Assembly (NCBI RefSeq): GCF_024521635.1
Contig: NW_026250404.1
Coordinates: 1,240,001-1,304,000, forward strand
DNA: 64,000 nucleotides
Direction of reading: 5' to 3'
Origin: Tricharina praecox
Taxonomy: Eukaryota
The notes under the pieces are model-generated. The model was not told the DNA's origin. It made no database searches and saw nothing but the letters and a program-made list of their open reading frames with translations. Below, in pieces: positions 13,311 through 26,117 of the stretch. The first letter of the stretch is position 1. The number at the start of each line of letters is the position of its first letter. The position numbers and the translations under genes are program-made.

Positions 13311-13350
13311 GGGTGGGGGTGGGGGTGGGGGTGGGGGTGGGGGTGGGGGA
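13311..13350 (+). repeat. (GGGGGT)n microsatellite, G-quadruplex-capable
   Basis: Six or more consecutive G-runs separated by single T, followed by GGTT/GGTC tetramers. Confidence 0.85.
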
Positions 13351-15124
13351 TTGGCTGGTCGGTCGGTTGGTTGGTTTGGTTGATTGGTTTTGGTTGTGAG
13401 GGGGTGGTGAGGACTGGGTGAGAATCCGCTCCGAGAGCGCCGGGGTGGGAGGGAGAGTAGGGATGGCGGGGCGGGGCGCCGGCAAGATAGACGAGACGAC
13501 CGGATCCCCCGTCTGTGCTCAAGTGCGTATCCCATCTTACTGTTGCGGGGGGCGGAAGGGGGAGCGCGAACTCAGCGCTCGCGGTTTCGGAGCACCGGCT
13601 GGGTCTCGGACGATACATACTAGTAGAGTAGAGTACTCCAACCAGAGCTGAGCTCTACTCATACGAGTCCTCTAGCTTCGGGTTCGAGAGAGAGCTCGCG
13701 ACGACGACGACGACGAAAGAGAAGACGAAGACGCTCGATTAAGTACAGCAGCAGCGGATTGGAATTCGGTCTCGTCGGGCGCACTCTGGATGGGATCCCC
13801 GGAGGGGTGCCTGGCAGGCTTTGCTGTACTACCGAAGCAGGAGTAGGGAAGTAGAGTACTTCTCAGGAGTACTCTACATGCGTGTTCGGTCAGGGACGGA
13901 CGGGCTTCATCTCCATACCTATCGCAGAGTGCCTGAGTACTCTACCCACCAACTACCGGTACATACCTATCAGTACTATACACATACTTCTTACATGTCT
14001 CCAGGGTCCATCGCCATATCGCATCCTCCGCTCGAGCTGAAGAACCTTCCGCGGCCGAATTACCGATGACACACTTCCCCCCCCTCTTCGTCTGTGCCAG
14101 CTCATTCGGATTCCCGTCTCCAATCGCGCGCAATTACATATGGTACGGTAGGCACCTACATACCCAGTGCCTTCACATCGTACTCTTCTCTTCACTTCTC
14201 GCGTTTTTTTTCCTGCTGCAGCGTGGTAACAAACGAAACGGAATGGAATTCAATGCGCTGTCCATCTCTCTCTCGTGGCCACCATCACACAGACACACAG
14301 AAGCATTGTACAGCAGATCGCCGTTGTGCCGCCACCAGATCGACAAGACGGATTCGCATCTGCGCGGAAAAAACAAAAAGCCGAACGAGAAGTTACACGC
14401 AGCACGCTGTGAAACAAAAAGAATATGTACCCAGGTAAGCACGTATCTATAGATTCACGCGTTGGATTGGATTGGAGTCGAGTTGTCGGCGGCGGCGGCG
14501 TTGGCCGGGATGGGGGGGAAGGGGGCATAGACATGGGCATGGGCAATGCGCATGCAATTGGCATGGGCATGTGTCAGGGAGGGAGCAGGGTAACTAACCG
14601 GTACTAGTACTCTATTATCGTCGGGGAGGGGAAGTTGGAACAGGGCCTGACTCCTGGCTCCTGAGGCTCTGTGCTCCGGCTTTTCCTCAGCTTCTCTGCC
14701 TTCAAACACGTCGCGTTGTTGTGCGAGGAAGGACCACGTCGGCGGGAACGAGGGGTCGACGACGCACGCCCGCTCCACAACGGTTAGTGCCGAGGCGAGA
14801 GGCGAACGCTTGCAAGTTACCTAGCTGCCCTTGCACTCGTTGTTGGTGATCCCGGTGGTGCACGATTCACGGTACATGCCTAAGGTACTCACTTGCCTCT
14901 TCCATACTTCGTGCTGGGGGTTGGGGGTTGGGGGGTTGGGCCGGACCCTGCAAGACATCCGGAAAACAAAAGAGTCGCTCGTAGGGGTGGGTGTGCCGGT
15001 GTGCTACGGAGTGTCGATGCTGGGGATGATCCCTTTTTTTGGGTACGGGCGAGCACGCATAAAGAAGGAAAGTGGGAAGAGGGGGGAGGGGCTCTGCGAT
15101 GGGGGGGATGGCAGCCGGCCGGGA

Positions 15125-15240
15125 GCGCGGGACTTTTTTTCTTTTGACGTTTCGAGCGCGCGGACGTTGGGGTTGTGCGCGGGACTTTCCTTTTGACGTT
15201 TCGGAGCGAGCGAGGACGCCGGTTCGCTTTCGGAACGTCA
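15125..15240. promoter_or_regulatory. Imperfect ~40-bp direct repeat carrying TGACGT (ATF/CREB-type) sites
   Basis: GCGCGGGACTTT..CTTTTGACGTTTCG at 15125 and 15177. TGACGT at 15145 and 15194, reverse ACGTCA at 15235. Confidence 0.45.
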
Positions 15241-16489
15241 AGCGCGAGCACGAGCACGAGCGCGACGACGACGCGAGCGAGCGTTGGATTCGGCCGGACT
15301 TTTATTCTGGCTCACTAGCGATGGGGCCACGCCGGAATATCGATGCGAACAGATGGCCAGCTGCCACGCCGATTCCAGCTGGCCATCACATCGGAACGGC
15401 ACCCATCGGCCAGAACTCCCAGCTGCCATCGCCAGCGAGTAATCGACTGCGACAATAATCCACCGGACGCAGAGCCGGAAAATGCAGCACGACAGGGACA
15501 GCGACAACGCCGAGGGGCAGTCGTGGATTCGTGGATTCGTGGATCCGCGGATTCGTGGATGCGCATCGAACACGCCGGAGAAAAAGAAAGGAAGGAAAGA
15601 AGACAGGAAATGGTTGTTTCTCCCCCCCGAAGACTGCCTCCAAACGAGACTGGCCGTCGAATCAGAAGCCGACGCTGCGGGTTCGGATGCGAGATGCACC
15701 GCGCTGCTTCATGCGCCCAATCAAAGCTGCGCCAATTGCAGTAAGCTGCGTGGAGCCATGAGCTGGCCCTTCCGAGCCAACCTCCTTTGACCGTCGCCAC
15801 CTCCACCACCGAGAGAACGACGAGAACGATAGCGAAAACTTTTCTCATAGGTGCATCGGACCTAGTCCGCGCGAAAGGCGAAATCTGTACGCTTCCCTTC
15901 CGCCTTCGTTGTCGACTGCCGTTTATCCCTCCCATCCACCCCCATATGCCTTGGGCCAGCCATGTTTGCAGGTAAGCAGCAGCCCTAGCCAGGCAACCGG
16001 CAGCAGAGCTGCTCGTCGAGCACACGCCGGCTCGAGCTTGCGCACCAAGGGAAGGAAAAAACTTGTCTCGATGAAGTTCTAATTGCTTGCGAGCCTGTGC
16101 TTTGTCCTCCTCGCGCGCACCCCCCCTCTGGCACTCTACCGTATCAGTGATTGTCTCGATTGATGGCGTCCACCAGCAAAGTGCGTCCATGACGACAGCG
16201 TAGGTTTGCAGACGGACGGCGGTCTGGAGGAACTGGGGGGGAGGGGAGAGAACGGGGGGCATATGCTTGAGACCGCTGTCTAGTCGAATCTGAATTTATT
16301 GTGGCTGTCTGGCAGTTTTGATTTCCGTCGATTTTTTTCTAAGTTGAACGAAGTGCTGCTGCTCGCTCGCTCTCCTACCATACTCATTTCATCGCCCTCC
16401 TCACCGATATCGCCAGAATCCGCCGCGCTCACTCGATCCCTTGAGCGGAGCAATTGCCAACTTGCAAGGCACCTCCCTACCCTACCGTG

Positions 16490-17100
16490 TCTGCCTGCCT
16501 GCCCGCCTGCCTGCCCGCTCGCCCGCCTGCCTGCCGGCCTGCTTGCCAGCCTACCTGCCTGCCTGTGCCCCGTGCCTGCCCCGTGCCTGCCGTACCTGCC
16601 GTACCTGCCGTACCTGCCCACACACCCGTACGCACCTAGCTAAAGGATTCCGCCTACGTCCATCCATCCCATCCTACACCGCAAAGGACCAGTAAGTTTC
16701 ATAAGTTTCACATTTTCACATTTTGCTCGTTTTCGTCGTTTTCCTTCTTTTGGTCGGCCCGTACCACATGGAACGAAACGCAGCCAATCGATGCTGTGCT
16801 CCCTCCATCCACTACTGGATTCCATGATTGGGATCTGTTGGGATCCCGAGGTGGTCACGTATCGAATTGGTGCGTTTCCGCATTGGCGAGGCCCACCCCC
16901 CCTCCCCCGCTCCCGTCCTTGCCTGCTTGCCTGCTTGCCTGCTTGCCTGTCTGTCTGTCTGTCTGCCTGCCTTCCTGTCTGCCTCTGTTTGCCCGTCCGT
17001 CTGTCCCTCTGTCCCTCTGTCCCTCTGTCCCTCTGTCCGTCTGTCCGTCTGTCCCTCTGTCCGTCTGTCCCATCTGCCCTCGTGTCCGCACCTGTCCACA
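16490..17100. repeat. Compound microsatellite blocks (GCCT, GCTT, GTCT, CTGTCCCT, CCGTACCTG units)
   Basis: Two low-complexity blocks at about 16490-16620 and 16915-17100. They generate several spurious ORFs. Confidence 0.85.
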
Positions 17101-18541
17101 CCACTCCGTGTGTACCGTTGTCACCTACTGCTACCACTCACCCGGTCTTCCGGGGTGGGTGGGGGAGAAGTGTGCGATGGCTACGCACGGATGGAAGGCA
17201 GGTACGATCGATGGCAGGTTGGTGTGGCTGGATTGGATAGGTGGGTGGGTGTGATGGACGGGGGGAAACAAGGCCAAGGCCAAGTCGCGACGGGCGGGAA
17301 ACATGTTCCCCCTTCAATGCCGGCTGGCCAGCGAAGTCGAACAGCACCGACAGCGAATGGAGCAGCACGACTGACCTTTTTTTCTTTCTTTTTCGAGTCC
17401 TTTCCGGCCAACACCGCCACCACCACCACCGCCCCGCCCCGCCCAGTCGCTACCCAGTCGCTACGTACCCTGGCCCTCGCTGTTCGAGCGACCCCTGGCG
17501 TTTGCGCTTGATCCCAGGTCGTTTCCCACGGCAGCCAAACAGACGGGCCGGTCTCTGGGTGCGTAGCGTCGGCGTAGCTGCTTCACGTGCTATCCATACA
17601 TATATGCACTCGGAGGGAGGGGGGCACTCAGAGACATGCTTTGCAGCCTGTCCAACACGCTTGCTCTGTTCCGGCCGCCGCCACCCCCGGCGCACCTGGC
17701 CCGACAGCGCCAACAGCAGCAGCAACAGCAGCAGCAACAGCAGCAGCAACAGCAGCCGCAGCATCAGCCCGAAAACCAGGCCCAGAATCACACCCAGACT
17801 CAGCGTCAGGATCAGGATCAGGATCAGCACCGGCTCCGTCAGGATCGCACTCAACCCCACCACCAGCTTTTCCTCACCCACTGGCAGCGATGGCCCGGCG
17901 CTCCCCATCACGCATATGTAGCTGTAGCTGTAGCACACTTCGCACCCGCATCGACCTCCCCGACAGATAAGCGGCCGCCCCAGCATTACTATTGTTCCGC
18001 GCCCCTGGCCCGGCCTTCTCCATCCTTTCAGCTTCCCGCAGCTGCTGTGTCCGCCTTCCGCGAGCAGCCTTCTTCTTCTGCTACTTTCCCTCGCCCTCCC
18101 CCTCCCACTTCCCCTTCCGCAACACCTTCTTCTTCACCCCCGAAAGCGACAACACCAGCATTCGCTGCCGCCTCTGCAGCTTTCGACCTAGTGCCCAAGG
18201 TCATCGCACGCTGCTCCTCTACCACCACCACAACCACCACAACCCAGCCTGCCCGACAACATTCGTCATCGACGACCCCGACCACACTCAAACTAAAAAA
18301 AACAAACACATCCCCCACATACACAGAAGAAACATTATTACAGCCACAATTACCAGCTGCTGGTGAGGGAGGAGGATTAACAAAAGCGGGGCCTCCGGCA
18401 CCCACTTCGCGGCCGTCGCCGTTTGCGTCGCCGTCGTCGTCGTCGTTCCTCTTCTGGAGCTCTCTGTTCTTCCCAAGGTCGAAAGCTCAACACGCTTCTG
18501 CCCCCGGATCGCTATCTCCCACGGTCACCTCCCCACTAAAG

Positions 18542-21500
18542 ATGCTAAAGGATGATGCATCACTCAATCGAACGAGAGCATCGGCCGCGATAACAGCCGG
18601 AAAGGACACAGCAACCACCACCACCACCACCACCACCACCAGCACGACACCAGCAACCACCACCACCACCACCACAACAACAAAACCACAACAGAGAAAC
18701 CCAACAAAAAAAAGCGTGCTATCATATTTCTCTTCGCCTGCCGGACAGAAGTTTTTAGACGATTTGGAGAAGGAGGCGCGAGCAAAGCGCAACGCGAAGG
18801 CGGGGGTGGAGAAACAGCCATCGCGGACCGAGAGCACTGATGGGGCGGTGCACCACATCTCACTCGCCGATGGGCGCGAACCGCGGGGGCGACAGGATTT
18901 GAGTGGAGGATCGACAGCATCGGCAGATAGTGCGGGCAAAGCTGGTGCTGGTATTGGGCGAAACAAGGAGCACGAGGTGTGCCCCGACAGCGACTACGAG
19001 AACAGGGACCACGTACGACCCGCCAGCGACCGACACGTTGCACCGGCTGTCTGGGGCGACGGCGGCTACAGCCAATCACCGACCAGCCACCACATCAGAC
19101 CTGCAGGCGCTGCACAGGCATTGAGTGGCGCACGTGAAGCCCCCGGGCGGGGCAGTGTGGATGGAGACGTGTTCGAGGGTGAGTAAAGTGTGTTGACGCG
19201 AGATAGCACCATCGCAAATTTGCCTGCATATACTCCCCAGTCCTATCGCCGTTGCGATGTTTTATATTCCCTCTGCCCTGCATTGTCGGCCATCCTCTCT
19301 CAGTTTTGGTTTGCTAATCACCAAACAATTTTCGCTTCAGACTCCAAGAAGAAGAAGACGAACGTCGTCGTCAACGGAAACGGAAACGGAAACGGAATCA
19401 AGCACGACGTTTCCATACGCTCTGAGCTCTCTGTCCGCGACCAAGTGAAGCTGAAGCGTAGCTTCGACCAGCTACTGCGTGACATCACCGAAGACCAGAG
19501 TACATCCGAGATGGGTCTCGGACGACTGGAGTTCGGTTATCCGTTCAAGACCGTACGCTGGCCCCCCTCATCTCTCGTCCCCGATGGCCGCTTACGTGCA
19601 TCGTGGCTTGCCGTCTTGCATGAAGCTTCAGCCCTATTGTTAGACACCCAGTGGATGTTGATGTGCGTTTGTTTAGGCTCGTCGGACAGCTCCTACTGCA
19701 TCGGAATCGACTACCGTTGCCACCACCACACCAGTCGCCGTCCAAACACCCGCTCGCGTTGGACCAACGTTCAGCGAGAATGGAATCGTCCCCCAGATCC
19801 TCCCAGCCAACAACAGAGTCGTCTTGATTGCGGATGCCGCTCAAGACCCAACCGACTTGGACGCACGGGAACTCCACACGGGGTCCAATGTCGTCTGGAT
19901 CATCGAGAGCGACTTTCAGATCAACGTCCGAACTCCTAAACAGGCCCTCAAGGCACCCGAAACTGTCGGCTCATCCTCCAAAGTAAAGTCAGTTCAGCCC
20001 CTTCGCCCCCCATTGACCCCATCATAGTTAACATGATATCACCCTCAGACGGATCAATCCTCTCCGAGACACCGTTCGGCTGCGATGGCGTGTATTCCAC
20101 CCCGAGTACACAGAAAAGAGCGAATTCACCTTCGAGACAGCGGCCGGCTCCGGGTCCGAACTCAAGCGCAAGATCACTGCCACCATCGCGGAACACAAGA
20201 CGAAGCGGACTCGCGACGACGATGTTGAGACCCATACCTTCAACGAGAAGCCGTCCATGTCCACCGAGCCGGTGGTGAAGGAGCCCAGCACTGGGTATCC
20301 CACCAGTCTGCTCGGTGCTAGCATCGGTTTGATTGATGAAATCATGGGATCTCCTACCGTACACCGCGTCGCTATCCCTGAACCCCCCGTCGTCGTTAAG
20401 GAGGCGTTCGGCATCCCGCAACCTATCGTCGCACCATTCATCGCGCCTATCATCAAGTCTGTCAACGATAAGGAGCCGGTTGTCACTAGGCCAATCGTTG
20501 AGGAGCCTATCGTTGAGGAGCCCAGCGTTGAAGAAGAGGCTGTTGTCGTCGAGGAGCCCACCGTCGAGGAACCAGTCATTGAGCAACCCATCGTCGAGCC
20601 CATTACCGTTGAGGAGCCCGTTGTTGAGGAGCCCATCGTCGAAGAAGAGGCCGTTGTCGTCGAGGAGCCCATCGTCGAGCCCATTGCCGTCGAGGGGCCC
20701 ATTGTCGAGGAGCCTGTCGTTGAGCAACCTACCGTCGAGCCCGTTACCGTCGAAGAGGCCGTTGTCGTCGAGGAGCCCCTCATTGAGGAGCCCATCGTTG
20801 AACAGCCCATCGTTGAACAGCCTGCTACGGTCGAGGAGCCCATCGTCATCCCCGCGCCAGTCGAGGACGAAGTCGCCGAGGTCGAGGTTGAAGAGACCCC
20901 TCTCGTTTTGGACACCGCCTCATCTCCCGTCACCCAGCTGCCCTCTCCCCTCTCTCGCGTTGCATCCCCCATTCCTTTGGAATTTGATGCAGAGGAGGAG
21001 GCCGAAATCAAGGAGGCAATCCAGGTGGCGATGCAGGACGAGATTTTGGAAACCGAAACCCCCGAGGTCGTGACCGAGACTCAAGCTCCTGTGGTCGAAC
21101 TCGATCTGTCGACACTTCCAGCTCTTCCCGACTCCCCCATTCTCGAAGCCATCGATATTGAGACCCTCCCGCCTCTTCCAGAGTCGCCTGTTCTTGAGGC
21201 TGTGGAAGCCGAGGATTCTGAGGAGATGGCAGACATCGAACTCAGCGATGCCCAGGACGAGTTGACCGTTGAGGGCGATGTCCCTTCCACCGAGATGGTC
21301 CGCCAGCCTTCACCCCCTTCGTCTCAACCCGGCACTCCTACGATGGATCACAGTGAAGAATCGTTGAAGATCGTTCCTTACATGCCTCTCACTCCTCCCG
21401 AGACTCCATTGAGCTTCCGCAGTTCTCGCGAGAGGACCATCGAGTTCAACTTGCCCCTTCCGTTGATCATGCAGCCTGCGCCCCCGCCTGCCACTTCCAT

Positions 21501-24500
21501 CTTGGATTCTCCCATCTTCTTCAGAGGTAAGGACAGGCAGGTCGAGGACTCTCCGTCTCACTACTTTGTCCCAGCTCCTCCCTCCCCGTCGTCCCCATCT
21601 CACTCGCTTCACGATTCGCCTCTGTCGACATCGAGAATGCGCAGGATCGGGGAGACAATCAAGGAAGAGGACGAGGATGTCGAAGAAGTTGAGATTCCCG
21701 CCAAGGTTGAAGATTACGAGAGTGATGTCGAGGAGATTGTCCGGTCCCCACGTGGATACCCGTCGCCCCCTTCATCTCCCATGCAGGTGATCGTGGACGC
21801 CCCGACCAAGTGCAAGGAGTTGACCCGTGTTCCTTCCTTCACCATCATCTATACTCCTTCTCCTCCTCCGTCGATCCGCGATGTTGTCATGGGCGAAGAC
21901 GAGGATGGTGGTGTTTCGATTGCTCGTGGTGCATCTCCCGCCTTCGACCTGTCTACCTCCAAGGGTAAAGAGCGCGAGGAAATCGCACGGACCCTCCCCT
22001 CGCCGGTGCTGGAGCAACATGAGGATAAGGATATCGAGTACGACTCTACCTGCCGTGCCGCCTGGGCCACCGCCGACGACATCTTCCTTGGTCAACCCGA
22101 GCACTACCACTACTCGTACCAATACGACAACCGCCGTCCCCCCACCCCCGCCTCCTCCATCTGTTCGCTTCAGCGACGGTGGTCCGGCGTTTCGCGCACC
22201 AGCTACCAGACCGGAATCACCACCCCTCCCGCTTCTCGCCCGGGTAGTGCCCTCGGCTCCAACAAGCTCATCGGATGGAATGATTCCGACCATGCTCTCC
22301 GCCGCAGTGACTCTTACACTGGCAGCATCCGCCGCGACCAGATGCGCGACCAGTCCCGTCCCCGCAAGCCGCTGCTTACCGCCACCGAGGGTTCCTCCGC
22401 TGAAACCGGCCGTCCCGCACTGCGATGGAGCATGAGCATGCCTCTGATTCGCGAGCAGTGGGCAGTCCAGACCGCGACAATCTTGCCGGCCAATCGCAGG
22501 GGCTTCGCCTCGGCTATTCCGGACGAGAACGTAGAGGAGTACGACGTCCAGATTCCCGGCACCATCCAGCTTCTCCCTGCCACGCGTGGGGTCATTGTTA
22601 CCCCGCCCCGCATCGAGCGTCGTCGCCGCATGCGCCCGCAATACGAAATGGGCCCCCATCGCCGCAAGATCCGCAGTCTGGTTGTATACTCGCCCGACGA
22701 TCAGCTAGAGGGCATCGGCCAACTCTTTGGGGAAATCCGTGAGTTCGAGGAGGTTGAGGACGAGTCAAGGGTTACCGAAATTGTCGAGGTCGAAGAGGTG
22801 AAGCCAGTCGTGTCCGAGATGCCAACTCTTCGCCGTGGAGAGTCCGTCAAGGAAAAGCTGCCGAACATGATGCGCCGTCTCAAGTCGCGTGCTTCAGCTC
22901 CCGAGGTCGAGAGGCCACACATGTTGCGCCGGCTCAAGTCCAAGGCTTCCGCGGTCTCGATCGACGGTGGTGCCGCTCTCCCTGTCGATGAGAAGTATTC
23001 TCTCCCTGTGCCCAGGATTGTGGTGCAGAAGGCGGAGTCCCTCAACGAGCAAAAGCCCAACCTGCTGCGCCGGCTCAAGTCTAGGGCTTCGTCTTCCGAC
23101 ATTCTCAAGATTGCGGCTTCCGCTGCTCCCGTCGAGGGGAAGATCAGTGTCCCTGCCCGCGCTACGTCCCCGGCTCCCGAGTCCGTCAAGGAGAAGAAGC
23201 CGAACATGCTGCGTCGCCTCGGTTCCAGATCTGAGAGTGACAGGCCGAACGTGCTGCATCGCCTGTCTAGGGCTTCGTCTTCCGACATTCTCAAGAGTGC
23301 GGCTTCCGCTGCTCCCGTCGAGGAGAAGATCAGTGTCCCGGCCCGCGCTACGTCTCCGGCTCCCGAATCCGTCAAGGAGAAGAAGCCGAACATGTTGCGT
23401 CGCCTCGGTTCCAGATCTGAGAGCGACAGGCCAAACGTGCTGCATCGCCTGTCTAGGGCTTCCATCCATGACATCGTCGCCGCTTCCCCTACTTCGGCCG
23501 AGGAGAAGATCACCGTCATTCCTCGCGCTACGTCGCCGGCCCCAGAGTCCCTGAAGGAGAAGAGGCCCAGCATGTTGCACCGCCTCAAGTCGAGGGCTTC
23601 CAGCCACGAGATTGTTGCGCCCGCCCCCGCCGCCGAGCAGAAGGCTATTACCCCGCCACCCACTGAGGAGAAGCCTGACCACACTCTTGATTACGCGGAT
23701 AGGCCCATCACCCCCGAATCTGACGATGATGATAAGATTTCCATCGCTTCATCCGCCGAGAACGGGCATATCGTTCCCGAAGCCAATAACGATGTCGAGG
23801 TTATTCCTCGCGTTGCGACTCCGGTGCTGCAAGCCGAGCCCATCAAGGAGAAGAAGCCGAGTGTTCTGCGTCGCCTTGGGTCCAGAGCGTCCTCCATGCG
23901 CGAGGGCGAGAAGCCGAACATGCTGAACCGCCTCTCGAGGCATTCCATGCATGACGTTGTCGCCGCTTCCGCTGCCCCCGTCCAGGAGAAGATTTCGGTC
24001 ATCCCTCGTGCGGTCACCCCGGCTCCTCGCGCTATCACTCCGGCTCCTCCTCGTGCGGTCACTCCGGCTCCTCCTCGTGCCGTCACTCCGGCTCCTCCTC
24101 GTGCCGTCACTCCGGCTCCTCCTCGTGCCGTCACCCCGGCTCCTCGCGCTGTCGCCCCGACTCCCCGTGCTGTCGCCCCGACTCCCCGTGCTGTCACTCC
24201 GGCTCCTCGTGCTGTCACTCCGGTTTCACGTGCGGTTGCTCCAGCTCCCCGTGCGGTCACTCCGGCTCCTCGCGCTGCCACCCCGGTTTCACGTGCGGCC
24301 ACTCCGGCTCCTCGCGTTGAAACACCGATCCCACAGGCGGATTCCATCAAACTTGGGAAAAAGCCCAGTCTTCTGCATCGTTTCAAGTCTAGGAACGGCA
24401 CGCAGGAGATGCTGGGTAAGCCTACCGCCGCTCCTACCGCTGTGCCGGAGCCAGTGGCTACGCCGCCTGCTGAGGAGAAGGCCTTCGTCGTCCCCCGTGC

Positions 24501-24663
24501 TGCAACCCCGGTTTCGCAAACATCGTCTGTCAAGGACAAGAAGCCCAACATGTTGCGCCGTCTCGGATCCAGGGCCTCGAACGTTAAGGACAAGCTTAAG
24601 GACAAGGTTTCCACTTCCTCGACGAAGAAGCTCGACAAGGGCAAGGGAAAGGTAGTTGTTTAG
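18542..24663 (+). CDS. Very large intrinsically disordered multi-repeat protein (1924 aa from ATG 18542; 2226 aa if in-frame ATG 17636 is used); introns 19179-19340, 19553-19676, 19988-20048
   Basis: Three introns (GTGAGT..GCTAAT..CAG; GTACGC..TTGAT..TAG; GTCAGT..TTAAC..CAG) join exons of 637+212+311+4615 = 5775 nt in one stop-free frame. The last exon has strong C-ending codon bias and a T-rich 3'UTR follows. No catalytic domain recognised; the start codon is uncertain. Confidence 0.8.
20491..20850 (+). repeat. Coding tandem repeats encoding (E/Q)P(I/V/T)VE / EEEAVVVEEP acidic pentapeptide arrays
   Basis: Recurrent GAGGAGCCCATCGTC-like 15-nt units with synonymous variation. Confidence 0.9.
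23080..23500 (+). repeat. 186-bp (62-aa) coding tandem duplication, two near-identical copies plus a diverged third
   Basis: TCTAGGGCTTC recurs at 23080, 23266 and 23452, an exact 186-nt period. Confidence 0.95.
24004..24320 (+). repeat. 21/24-bp coding minisatellite encoding about 14 RAVTPAP(P) units
   Basis: CGTGC(G/C)GTCACTCCGGCTCCT(CCT) units repeated in tandem. Confidence 0.95.
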
Positions 24664-26017
24664 CTTAGATTGTCGCATTTTTCTTTTTCAGTTATTTTCA
24701 GTTATTTATTTTCTCTCTCTTTCACTTTTTGATTGTTTCGTTTTTGGGAAGCGAGGTGTCTAGAGGCGTTTTTTTTTGCCTTCCTTTTTTTGGTTACATT
24801 TTCTTTTGGGTTCATTATCAATTTGTTTGTTTTTCAGCATTTGCATGGAACGGGGACGGTTGGGGGATGAGTGATGAGATAGGATGGCGGGTGGTAGTTG
24901 GCGGACGGCGGATGGGGCGAATCCAGTTTACGAGATATGATACCAGATACATTAACTGACGATTTTGATGACGGGGGTGTTTTTTTTACTTTATCTTCCT
25001 ATTTATCTACTTTCTTGCGTTCATTCACACTCATATCTTTCTTACTTACACCAGCCATATACAAGGGGGGGAGCGATAATTGTTTTGGTCTCATGTACCT
25101 TTTTTTCTTTTGTTTATTTTTTTAGTTACTCATATCATACCTACTACATACTCAGACTGTATATCATGGGGGAGAAAGGGGGAGAGGAGGGGGGGGAAGA
25201 GAAAGGGGAGAGAGTCAATTGAAAGAAGTTGAAGTTGAACGTTGAAGGCGAAGTGATCGTGTGAAGTGATGTGATCGCTTGTGAAGTGAAGTGAAGTGGT
25301 CGATTGTGGATTTGTGAAAGTCTCTGGAAACTGGAGTCTGAAGTGGTACCTACTTCGAACCGTACGAGTACGAAGTATTACACGACATTTTATTGTTGTA
25401 GTGACAGTAGCTCGGAAGTTGGCAAGCAATTTGTCTGACTCCATCACTCGATGCACGAGTGACACAGTATGAGTTGGAGTTGTCCTGCCCGCGTGAAAAT
25501 GAATCTTTAGTTCAGAACATAAACACAGGTATTACTGCTCGGAAGTTTGTTTGCGCTGGCTGAGAATAGGTACCTAAGTAGGTTCATCCGTGAGGGATAG
25601 GTACCACGGTTCCAAGAATCAGCTGCACCCGCAATATGGTAGGGATACTCCTGAGCTGCCATGTTGTCTGCCACCACCACCGTGAGAGGAGCGATGTGGG
25701 CTAGAGTAGGTGCGTTATGCCACCCGCCAGCTCTCGTCAAACCCATTCATCATTCAGGGTGCCTTCACTAGATACCTTCCAAGTAATGCTCAGAGACTAT
25801 ACGCAACGATGTCTCTTTTACAAGCTTCTGAACCTAAAAGAAACATCCACCAAGACGCCCCACTCGCTCGCTCGCCACCGGCCCTCCATCCACCGCGCCA
25901 CTGTGGCTGTAGCTCCGCCACACCGCCCCTGCCCATAACCATAACCACATCCACCGACAATCGTCTGTCACAAAATAGTACCAAAATAGTGCACCAAACG
26001 AAGATGCCACCATAAAA

Positions 26018-26117
26018 GGCAACGTGTCCGAGTGGTTAAGGAGTATGACTCGAATACCTTCACAGTTGATGATATCATATGGGTTCGCCCGCGCAAGTTC
26101 GAATCTTGTCGTTGTCG
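26018..26117 (+). tRNA. tRNA-Ser(CGA) with 19-nt intron (26055-26073)
   Basis: Acceptor GGCAACG/CGTTGTC, D-arm TCCGAGTGGTTAAGGA, anticodon stem TATGA/TCATA with CT-CGA-A, and an intron after position 37. Long variable arm GGGTTCGCCC, T-loop TTCGAAT, discriminator G, and a T-run terminator near 26125. Confidence 0.95.

Noticed and set aside
15315..17511. Multiple 150-315 aa ORFs in the spacer
   Set aside because: Derived from GC-rich microsatellites; no domain, codon bias or splice structure.
19948..24644. Long antisense and alternative-frame ORFs (259-327 aa) over the giant gene
   Set aside because: Shadows of biased codon usage and tandem repeats on the coding strand.
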